This document shows positions 13,338-23,736 of a stretch of DNA of 64,000 nt, one piece after another. The first letter of the stretch is position 1. The number at the start of each line of letters is the position of its first letter. Under the pieces are notes generated by a model. It was not told where the DNA came from. It searched no databases and worked only from the letters and a program-made list of their open reading frames with translations. The position numbers and the translations under genes were made by a program. Origin of the DNA: Tubiluchus corallicola (Eukaryota > Animalia > Priapulida); the NCBI GenBank assembly GCA_030141605.1, contig JAQGDQ010000036.1, positions 372,001 through 436,000 of the forward strand, read 5' to 3'.

Positions 13338-13486
13338 GCAAGACAAGACATGCCAGCTGAAGATATTGTATCTCTACAAGTGTCTCTGATAAATTTGGCG
13401 CTAAAGTGTTATCGTGATAAAGTGGACTATGTCGACAAAGTTTTAGAGACAACAGTAGATATTTTCCAGAAGCTAAGCGTGGAAAA
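13338..13486 (+). CDS. VPS35: VPS35 coding exon ([49 protein letters not shown])
   Basis: tttcag acceptor, gtatgt donor. 149 nt. Confidence 0.96.
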
Positions 13487-13717
13487 GTATGTATACATAA
13501 TTGTCTTAAACTTTTTGTATAATCTTTTGTCTGTGGCTTGCAGTAAGGTCATTTCAGGGTAGTAATTAATTTTGTTTGTACTGATTTTTAGCTACGGCGA
13601 TTATTAATATTACTAGTTAGTTTGAATGCTGAAATTTATTGGTGATTGGTCTAGGAAGTTTTTCTACTTTTAAGCTGTTGTATAAAAATAAGTTGCTGAA
13701 TCTAATTTGTTTTACAG

Positions 13718-13925
13718 AATTGACTACAATAGCGCAGTTTCGAAGGAACTGATGAAGCTTCTAAAGATACCTGTGGAGAATTATAATAACCTTCTCATTA
13801 TATTACAACTGCAACATTACCAGCCTTTGATGGAATACTTTGATTATGCAGGACGAAAATCTATGTCTGTGTATCTGATTGAAAATGCTTTAGAAAATAA
13901 TACCTTGGTACCGACCCAGGAGCAG
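13718..13925 (+). CDS. VPS35: VPS35 coding exon (IDYNSAVSKELMKLLKIP...NNTLVPTQEQ)
   Basis: tttacag acceptor, gtgcat donor. 208 nt. Confidence 0.95.
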
Positions 13926-13960
13926 GTGCATATTTAATTTATTGTTGCCATGAAAACTGC

Positions 13961-14019
<59 letters not shown>
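13961..14019. repeat. (AAT)n microsatellite
   Basis: About 19 perfect AAT units. Confidence 0.95.
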
Positions 14020-14022
<3 letters not shown>

Positions 14023-15285
14023 CATAATTTAAAAGATTTGGGAATTTCAATACTTTATTCAAGATCATGTTTGTTCTATATTTATTCTATGTTGTGGAAA
14101 GCAGTAGTACATTTTCGTGCTTGCTATTTAAATATGATTGACATTTTGACATAAAATTTTTTAATATTCAATGCATTGTTGTCTATGTGAATTATTCATA
14201 AAGTGGAATGTTTGTAGACAGTGTTACAGATAAAGCATGTATTTGCATAATTACACATTAGTTCTGAGCAAAAAAACATACCAGAAATCAAAGCTGGAAG
14301 TTCAAAAATATAGTGAAAATAATAATCAGGTATTGATAATAAAAACAATGCATATAAAACTTTAAAAGCAAAAACTGTAAGTGCAAAAATAAATGAAAAA
14401 TTTTCTTAAATTTTAATTCTAATTTACCCTGAAAAAATTCGAAGAGTAACAGCAGCTGAGTAGATCACAGTCTCACTGCCCATTTTGCCCTTTATGTGAA
14501 ATCCAAATAACTAGGCACACTGTGCCATTGGTAGACTTACTGCCTGTGCAGCTACTGAGTATCAGCATGTTTAATAATAGTACATTCATAAATACTGTGT
14601 AAAGTTACTGCACTTGGTATATTCTGTGATACTCGTGAACTTGGCCGTGACAAATTTTGTGTGCAGTTTTTATCTCAGGAAGCTTACCAGCACTTTAATT
14701 GCTTGCTAAGAAACCTGCTAGTTTATTGCATGTTTTGAAAACAAGTTTCTGACTCTAGGCACTATGGGAGTTTATCTGATTATACCTTAAGTTGATGGTT
14801 AATAGTTCAAATTGTTTTGTCTGAATTTTAGCAGTCTGAGAGTAAGAGAAACTTTGAAGATATTACATAACTGTTGAAGCACCGATGTACTAGCTGATGA
14901 TATGTTTTAAATGCAGAAAGAAAATTAAGATCACTGTAATTAATTATATTTTGATATGAACAAAACTAGAGTGCATAGTGTCTATTGAGTGATAAAATTT
15001 GTTTAACATTACAACAATAGATATGTAGAGCCGGATCATGAATCCACTGGTTATTACTTGCCAAGTGCGAATCAAATCTGAATAGTGAAATCTAGCTGAA
15101 TATTGCACCCAGTTTTGGATCTGATGCCTCCCTGGAAGTTATATTTGGTGTTTATCATCATGAAAAGCTATCCTTTGGAAATAAAGCGTTATTTTGAAAA
15201 AATGTTTTAGTATTTTTACGACTAGTTAAGATTTTTCAGATTTACTCCTGTTTTCAGTTTAAAATAACACTGCAACTTATTGTAG

Positions 15286-15441
15286 GTGGATCAGGTGCTA
15301 ATATTGGTTTCACCTTTAGTAGTTGACCAGCCAGATCAACCCAAAGTTGAAGAAGATCCTGAAGACTTTGCCGAAGAGCAAGGAATCATGGGCAGGTTGA
15401 TAAATCTGTTGCAAGCAGTCAACCCAGATCAACAGTATTTG
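15286..15441 (+). CDS. VPS35: VPS35 coding exon (VDQVLILVSPLVVDQPDQPKVEEDPEDFAEEQGIMGRLINLLQAVNPDQQYL)
   Basis: tgtag acceptor, gtaaaa donor. 156 nt. Confidence 0.95.
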
Positions 15442-16372
15442 GTAAAATATACAAAGTAGTTGTTAAGATGATTGTAAGGATGTAAGGCTTTTGCTTCTCT
15501 GGGTGTAACTAACTTAATTCAGCACTTTTCAATCTTTGCAAATGGTCATGTAATTCCTTAATGGACATTTACTTAATAAATCGCGAACTTCAGAAGTGCT
15601 GTAGTAGCAGTCAGACATGAAATTTATGATAATTGCACTCTAGAAGAAGTTTTACACAGCAATGAAAACAACACAAACACTACACTTCCTATTCACACCA
15701 CACACTACTACAGCACACCCAGAGTCACTGGGAGAAACCTCATTGTGATTTGTATTTTGGGCACTTTTCTTTAATGCTCAAGCCCGGCCAGGTGTAGCTA
15801 GGTGCACAGCTTTGCTAAAATGACAACTAGGAAAGCTGAGGATCTTTGCCTAAGCAACCCTCTCAAATTAATACTTTACGTACCAAAAATTAAAAAAGAG
15901 ACACATTAAAAAGGAAACAAAAATAAGAAACAACAAAAACCCAGATTTCTTTAATAATTACCCTTCTTTCTACTGCCAGGGTGACATAGTTGAAACTTCC
16001 ATTTAATAAGTCATACAAGAAGTCTTCATACACTCATGAAGTCGGGTATTATTTACACTTCAAGCATAGCTCATATGCGGTAAGTGAACAATTACCCCAC
16101 AAAGATAAAACAAAATTGATAATATCTAACAATTCACATATGATGTTGAATAGCGTTACTGCTATTCTTACAAAGCATCTGTATACAAAGGTCCAACTTA
16201 CTAACCACAGAGACGTGGCATTAGGCTAAACACAGTACATTGAAAATCATTTTATCTTAGTTATAAGGCAAGTTTTTTAAGAATTTTATAATTAATCACG
16301 TATTGTAATAGTTATGTAAGTTATTAATACTCTCTTCATATTTAACACTTTTATTGGGTTATTTGCTTTTAG

Positions 16373-16495
16373 ATACTGAACACAGCTAGAAAGCATTTTG
16401 GAGCAGGGGGTAACAAGCGAATAAAGTTCACACTTCCACCAATAGTGTTCTCTGCATATCGTTTGGCATGCAGATATTGGGAGATGCATGAGCAG
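16373..16495 (+). CDS. VPS35: VPS35 coding exon ([41 protein letters not shown])
   Basis: ttttag acceptor, gtaaaa donor. 123 nt. Confidence 0.96.
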
Positions 16496-16789
16496 GTAAA
16501 ATTAATGTCTCTGCAATCTGTATATTAAATCTTTTTATTTCACTTGTATCAGTTTTTTAATAGTCTAAAATTACGTTCAGATTTAGTGTATGTGTTATTT
16601 ATGTAAGAGCGAACTTCACCTTAAGAGTTAAAATTACGTGAATTGGCTGTAATTTAACATTACATGTGAAAGTAATTTGTGCATTCGTTATTAGCATTAG
16701 TCATTAGTTATTAGCATTTACTCAAACGTTTTCGAATCTGTTATTTGAAATAAACATTAAAGTTTGAATGGTTAACTGAACTTTTTTAG

Positions 16790-16969
16790 GATGACAAGTG
16801 GGAAAAGAAGTGTCAAAAGATATTTCAGTTCTGTCATCAAACAATAAGTGCTTTGATAAAAGCTGAGCTAGCAGAGTTACCATTGCGATTGTTTCTACAG
16901 GGAGCCATTACTGCTGGTCAAATTGAATTTGACAATCATGAATCAGTTGCATACGAATTTATGTCTCAG
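16790..16969 (+). CDS. VPS35: VPS35 coding exon ([39 protein letters not shown]...VAYEFMSQ)
   Basis: ttttttag acceptor, gtaata donor. 180 nt. Confidence 0.96.
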
Positions 16970-18162
16970 GTAATACAATAACACTGATGTTGCAAAAATT
17001 TCTAATAGGGCTTATTTGGGTTTTTGTAATACTTTTAGAAGTATTATTTTGGCATGTGCAGTAACATAACAATATTTATGAGTGGCAGTTTCCTGAAATA
17101 TTGTTGAAAGTTGTAGTAAGATTTATTTGAAGCATTTGGAAGGATGTCATATCAGTGAAATAACTGAATTAATGAATTGTAGTGTATAGGCTTGGATAAA
17201 ATCCCATACAGGTTTTGGCATGTACATAATAATTATAATTTAATAAGTTTTAATAATTTATAAAGATAAAATGAAAAAGTTTAAAACTTAGAAAAATTAG
17301 TTAAATTTTTGTGCTTTGTTACTCACTAATATGCAAAATTGACGTCAAGCATAATGACGTAATCCCAACGGCATCTTTTAACCGTGATTGCCTGAATATG
17401 GGTTTCTATGAATGTGGTCGCTTATCCCATAATCTTGACAGTTATCACGGATTCCCTTATATGAGTTCAACTCTGCCTTATCTATTGCTGACCAGCTTAT
17501 TCCCATTCCTACAACTTGTGCAAACATACTTAGAGGTGCTCAGGCTTTTACATGCAAGTTAACCTTGAGTCATTTATATCTGGTAATTTGGCCTTTAATC
17601 TGTGGTTATAAATTTCATTGTTACCTCTGTACATTCAGGTATGCCATTTAACATTTGCAAACATTTGCAGCATCATGATCGGCCTAACCTCGTTATGTTC
17701 ATTTTTTAAAGTTAATCAAATTGTTTTTTATCTAACTTGGAAAGTCATCAATTAAACTAAACTGCGTTTTATATTAATAACAAATTCAGTAACTCACAGC
17801 TTCCTATAAAAAATGAAATTAGACTGTATATTCCCACTAATTCACTTGTATTTTCATTCTCTCCTGGGAACTAATGAAATGTTAATCATTTTTCGTAACA
17901 GTATAATGTATACCGGCAATACATAGTTGCAGCTTATGTCCCTGATTGTCCTGAAAAAATGTCAACGACTAGGTTCTGTAGGCGTTTCACGCTGCGTGTG
18001 AAAATCATGCAAGCTGATTGGGCACTCAGCAGAGCTTGACTGAGGATGACTGACTTTTTGCTTGACGTTAATTGTGACTATGGGACAAGATTGTGCTTCA
18101 CTAATCTCTTAAATTTCACTTTATCTGATCATGTGCTGTTGTTTTAATTTTAATTATTTTAG

Positions 18163-18402
18163 GCATTCTCCTTGTACGAAGATGAGATAAGCGACAGTAA
18201 GGCACAGTTGGCTGCAATCACTTTAATAATCTCTACCTTGGAGCGTATGAACTGTTTTGGTGAGGAAAATCATGAGCCTTTGCGAACGCAATGTGCACTT
18301 GCTGCTTCTAAACTGCTGAAAAAGCCAGACCAGTGTCGTGGAGTGTGCACGGTTTCTCATTTGTTTTGGTCGGGTAAAACCACCACCAACAACAAAGAAG
18401 AG
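18163..18402 (+). CDS. VPS35: VPS35 coding exon ([23 protein letters not shown]...[31 protein letters not shown])
   Basis: ttttag acceptor, gtatcc donor. 240 nt. Includes the conserved YEDEISDS segment. Confidence 0.97.
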
Positions 18403-18704
18403 GTATCCTATGTAAAGTATAATCATGTTAGTGTAGTTTTCATTATGCACTGTTGTAATTATTGAAATGTATTTGACTGCCAAGCAATACTTTTTTCATA
18501 TTTGTCATTATTTTCTTCATCTCATTAACTTATTGTCAGGCAATTAGGCAAATCATGAATCGTTTCTCAACTTTTTTAAAACTTTTAAACTTTGGAAAAT
18601 ACTTGTGCCACACTATAGATAATACTTGTTTATAGTTACAGAAAGATTTTTTCTTTTTGTGTTAATATTGAGATTTTGTTGCTGTGTAGTATAGCATGTA
18701 CACA

Positions 18705-19577
18705 CATGGGGGCACCAGCAGAATTTTTAAAAAAAAATTTTTATGGCTAAATAAAATTTTTTAGGGGTAAACCAAGAAACACATTAACTCCTTGTTTGTT
18801 TGCACAATCCCTGAACAGGGAGCTGGAACTCATTTGCGTAGTGAAGTTATGTTTATATAGGTCACTTACATAGTGTTGATTCTCTTACCGATGTCCATTG
18901 TCTAGACAGTTTTTAGGTAACTGTATCTGCACTTCTGCACTTAAGGAGTGTGCGCAAGTTGCTGGCCCCTTTCGCAGTAGTAGTGAAATTCTGAGTCACA
19001 AGCTTGAGATGACATAACGAGTTTTAAACTAGTGAACTTGCCTGAGGAAATAGCTTCTAGCAACTGCAAAATTGTCTAAAATGCAGTAAAATGCATGTGC
19101 GGCCAAGACGTTTTGCCGTTTACCTGTGTTCGGTGGGAAAAATTAACACGCGTGCACGCACACTTAATTAAATTTTGTATGAACAGTGGGTGGGCTATAA
19201 AATTAACAGTCTCAAATCAGCTTTATGTTTGACTATCCACATTTTGCTAGGTAGATGATTTTGACACTAAATAATTTAAGCTTTAGTATTGGGTCATCCC
19301 CATTGCAGTGTATCAAGAAACTTGCTTTTAAGATATATAACTACTACAATAGAATATAATGAATATTACCTAGGTAAGTGTAGGTAAAATATATTTATTT
19401 AAGCAGAATTTTTCACATTTGACGAAGTCTATATAACAGAATTTAGATGACATTTAAGGCTTCCAAAGTGTGCTTAAACACAGGAAAATGCATTGGTGGC
19501 CGGTGGGGAAGTTTATAGCGCTCCCCCAGACCCCCTAGCTTGTGCATCAAATTTTTCAAACAGTGTCGGCATCCATG
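18705..19577. mobile_element. hAT-type non-autonomous element; related partial copy at ~61840-62140
   Basis: Termini CATGGGGGCACC ... GGCATCCATG with 8-bp flanks tgtacaca / tgtacata. Segment ~19037-19216 is clearly similar to ~61961-62139. Confidence 0.7.
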
Positions 19578-20191
19578 TGTACATATCCAATGCAGTCTAG
19601 ATTTACCTTTGATTAAGTTTGCATGTGGCATTGTTATATCTATCAGAATAGACAGAATCTTTTAAAGTTAAATATTGATCTGCTGTTTAGTTAAACAATG
19701 TTTTATAAATGTCATGTTTTTAATGTTATGTTTATGTTTTTAAACACTCTGAGAGTATGGTTTCTTATTAACGGTAGCTCTAGGTGTTACACATTACTTT
19801 CAGTGGTAATTGGTTGCAGTGTTAAGATAAGATAAACCTATTGCACAAACCAAGCCTGTGCAAGCAACTAATTCAGTATGTGAATTCTTTAATGTAGTGA
19901 TTTTTTTCTGTTTTATCCGTAATTAAAAACAAATTTCCAAGATTCGTGGACTGAACTTAACCTATATTCAATTAATAAGTTAAGTGAATTGGTTGGTACA
20001 TGTGAGTGATTTGAAAGTGAGAATCCCTTATAATCTTGTTTCTTAATCTGCATGGCTTAACCAAAGTTTAGTAGAACAGCAATAGGTACTTTATTTCTTC
20101 CTGGGAAGCATTATGTGCTGTGACTGATTTAGTTTGTTTTATTAATTTGTTATTTGAAGATGAGTAATAAATGGCGATTATTATTTTATAG

Positions 20192-20335
20192 TTACATGAT
20201 GGAAAACGAGTGGTCGAATGCCTGAAGAAAGCTCTAAAAACAGCTAATCAGTGCATGGACCAGTCAGTGCAAGTGCAGCTCTTTGTTGAAGTACTGAATG
20301 AATACATACATTTTTATGAAAAAGGCAATGAAGAG
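20192..20335 (+). CDS. VPS35: VPS35 coding exon ([48 protein letters not shown])
   Basis: ttttatag acceptor, gtaata donor. 144 nt. Confidence 0.96.
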
Positions 20336-20483
20336 GTAATATTACTTTGTAAAATATGATATGAATGCCACTTGAGTGCTATATGATGCTGAGTCACTGA
20401 TCATAGTTTGCCTTTCTTATGCATTTGGTATTTAATTAATCAGTGTAATTAACTTAGCTGACTTAAACTCAGTGATAGGTTTT

Positions 20484-20556
20484 TGATATTTTGAGCTTGG
20501 TACAAGGCCCAAATCTGAGTCCTAGGTTGAAGTGGGTTCAAATCCTGTTTTTCACA
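20484..20556 (+). repeat. Degenerate tRNA-derived sequence (SINE-head-like)
   Basis: gagcttggtacaaggc resembles a D-arm/A-box, and a B-box GGTTCAAATCC lies at 20535-20545. No intact cloverleaf. Confidence 0.35.
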
Positions 20557-20865
20557 CAGTTTTTCAGCAACTTCCTCCTTCAGTTAATTAGCGATTGCAA
20601 ATAAACCTTTAAGTCTATCAATTCTGGCTTAATTATCACAGTTCAGTATCTAAAATGTATTATAGACTTATTTATAAATACGTTTAATAAAGTCAGCTAA
20701 CTAATCTTCTTACTGTATAAATATTCTAGACCCTAGTAGCAAGTGTTTTTGCTTAAAAAATCTAGTTGTAGGACTTTGTAATGAAAAACGAAATGTTGTA
20801 TTTCCAGTAATTATTGTCACAGTCAAAAAATAACCTGATTTTGTTTTGCTTTTTTAAATTTGTAG

Positions 20866-21045
20866 ATAACTATTCAACTCTTGAATCAACTCATTGCTAA
20901 GATTCGGGAAGAACTTCCAAATTTGGAATCAACTGAAGAAACTGAGCAAATTAGTAAACATTTCCAAAGTACCTTAGAGCATCTTCATAACAAGCAGGAA
21001 ATGCCTAGCGAAGATGGACCTTCATATGCTGGAATAATTCTTTAA
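20866..21045 (+). CDS. VPS35: VPS35 last coding exon ([40 protein letters not shown]...[10 protein letters not shown])
   Basis: tgtag acceptor, TAA stop at 21043-21045. Candidate ATTAAA polyA signals at ~21301 and ~21308. Confidence 0.96.
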   Translation: MTIQLLNQLIAKIREELPNLESTEETEQISKHFQSTLEHLHNKQEMPSEDGPSYAGIIL

Positions 21046-21405
21046 ATTGTATTGACTCTTCCATCTAGCTTTGTTTTACCAGTTATTGTCATGTTACTGC
21101 ATTTTCAAACTGTAATATAATTATTTATGAATATATCTTACAGAATCTGATGTATACATCACTACAATTATGATTTAAAGGTCTGGTGTGTTTGCATTTA
21201 TTAACCAGAGGCATGGAGACATACTTCATCTGCAATTTATTGTTTATGAATTCTTAATTAACTTCATTCCCTTGTGACTGGCACAACTTTCGTGTGAAAC
21301 ATTAAACATTAAAATCTGTACCTGTATGTTTTCATCCATACTGTCTTTGAATATTTATGCCGTTATGATGCTCCCCATTTGGTATGGTTTGCAATTGTTT
21401 TAGTA

Positions 21406-22195
21406 CAGTCTAACCTCGTTATCTTGCCCCTCGTTATGCCGCCAAACTCGTCTCTCGCAATAGAAAGTACCAGGACGGATTTCCTGCTTTGATATTTACG
21501 TCGTTAAGTCGCCACCCTCGCTTCTCGCCCTCGCCACGTCATGCTAGGATGAGTGCTTATGTAAACTATATTCGTTATGTGGCCAAACAGACAAACTCAG
21601 AGGTGAATCGATCAATACTGTACATATACCGCGTGTCGATCAATATAACCGCGGTATGTAGACAATGCTGCTGTACTTGGTTAATGCGCAGAGAAACTAA
21701 AGCGCCAAAGCTGCGTTTAAGTTTGAGTTTCCACAAAGTGTGAGCAACTTTACATGATGTCTCTGAAGCGATACTTTGAACAGTCTGACAGAGTCACAAG
21801 CGACGATATTCAAGGATTGTGTTTGATTAAACGTCGTGTTGACTGCTTGCGTGTATCATAAATGAAACAGTCGTCTCTTCTGAATTATTTCAGTCGTCAG
21901 TAACTCATTTGTGAACATTTCTAAATCTTTTGCTAAGTTTATTGCATTTAAGTGTATACTCGAAAAAGGTTTTTTACATAAAAAAAATTTTTTCATTTCT
22001 GATTTAATGCTAATTGGTATCATAATGCGAAATATATTTTATATGTACGTAGAGGAACACTATGTTATTCAACTATTACGTACAGTATGTATATACATAT
22101 AGACTAACTTCGTTATATTCCCGTTATCTCGCCATACTCGCCTCTCGCCAAAATTTGCCCTAGACGGACAGTGGCGAGATAACGAGGTTAGACTG
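21406..22195. mobile_element. Tc1/mariner (Tigger/pogo-like) MITE
   Basis: TIRs CAGTCTAACCTCGTTATCTTGCC / GGCGAGATAACGAGGTTAGACTG (22/23), TA on both sides, subterminal CTCGTTAT/CTCGCC repeats. Confidence 0.9.
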
Positions 22196-22554
22196 TATTG
22201 CGATTTTTGTCTGTAGGAAAGTTGGTGATATACTCCTCTAAATTCCTGCTTATTATTATGTGTGTACTTGTGTTATAGACAATGTTAATATAAAATGTTC
22301 TGTTCTAATTTTTCATAGATCATTAAAATCATTAGATCATTAATGTAGAGCACAAGTCAATATGTTGACTTCAATTTTTCAAATGGTATTCTTCATAATA
22401 AAGGATAGGACTGTTCCAATCGTAAGTATAAAAAATACACATATACTCTACTATGTATTAAACACTTTGCAAATCATCTTATGGTAATTTAATATTTGTT
22501 TTATAGAAGCGTAAAACGATTTCTAATAAAATACAGTTGATTTTATACAACTTA

Positions 22555-22916
22555 TTGTTTCGTTGTCAAAAACTAGAAGTGATTACTCTAAAACTGTCAC
22601 ACTGTAATATATTTGTTAATTATTGTGTTTCAAAGAGACAGTGTTATGTTTTTAGCTTAAAATTTTAATACCATTTAAAGAACTGAGTAGGCCTAAACAG
22701 CATGGGCAGCCAGACTGAAATTTTTTAAGATAATTTGTTTCGTTGTCAAAAACTAGAAGTGATTACTCTAAAACTGTCACACTGTAATATATTTGTTAAT
22801 TATTGTGTTTCAAAGAGACAGTGTTATGTTTTTAGCTTAAAATTTTAATACCATTTAAAGAACTGAGTAGGCCTAAACAGCATGGGCAGCCAGACTGAAA
22901 ATTTTTAAGATAATTT
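22555..22916. repeat. Near-perfect 180-bp tandem duplication
   Basis: 22561-22736 repeats at 22741-22916 with one mismatch (22721 t vs 22901 a). Confidence 0.95.
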
Positions 22917-23736
22917 CATGTTAACTATCCTTAGGCATTGAACAGCTAATAGTACATATATTTTAATGGCAAAACTAGAATGAAGGCAACTTTGGGAACA
23001 GTTTTTTTGGTACTTCCACAATAATGATTTTATCGACTCAAAATCAAGGGCGAAGAAGTCTGTGTGCTTATTGCCGCAATGTGCCTACTATCGCAAGAAT
23101 TTTTAATAAATAACCATATTACAAAAGATTCAAAGTAAAGCACACTAACAAATTCTATTGTACTTTACAGTTGTACAGCCAGCTCATGCAAACTTTGAAA
23201 CGAATTGTGTTGACAAGGGTAACTAGTATTGGGTACCACAACAACTGTATCTGAAGAGCACACAAATGAAAAGTTTCATATATATATGCATATTGCTTGG
23301 AAATAAAATAAAATGTTTCTGTAAAAAATTAATCTTGTAACTAATAATCCAAGTTTAGTGGTCGTCATTTTTTATGACAACTTTCAATTAAAATTAATTG
23401 TATAACCAAAGATTAAAAATGTGCCTATTGCCCTAATCAGTACTAGACCAGCATTTCTATAAGAATTCGAACTACAAAATTCAAAGTAAAACACAACTAC
23501 TTAATTATACAATATGTGCAGCAACTCTGGTAACACAAAAACAACTTTTAGACAGCTCAATGGGTTTTTTAAAATAGATCAAATTTGACTCTACTAGCTG
23601 ACTTGCTGATTGAATGCCATCAAAGTGCCACTCTTATCAATAGCTTGGTTAACATTACACAATAATATTACAAATGCGCCAGGGGCCCACACATGAAGAA
23701 ATATACATTAGCGAGTAAAATGCATGAATAAAAATG

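Noticed and set aside
20355-20410. Intronic C/D-box snoRNA (terminal tatgat/atcata stem, CTGA)
   Set aside because: No proper RTGATGA C box and too short.
20484-20556. Functional tRNA gene
   Set aside because: No pairing acceptor or anticodon stems; only box-like remnants.
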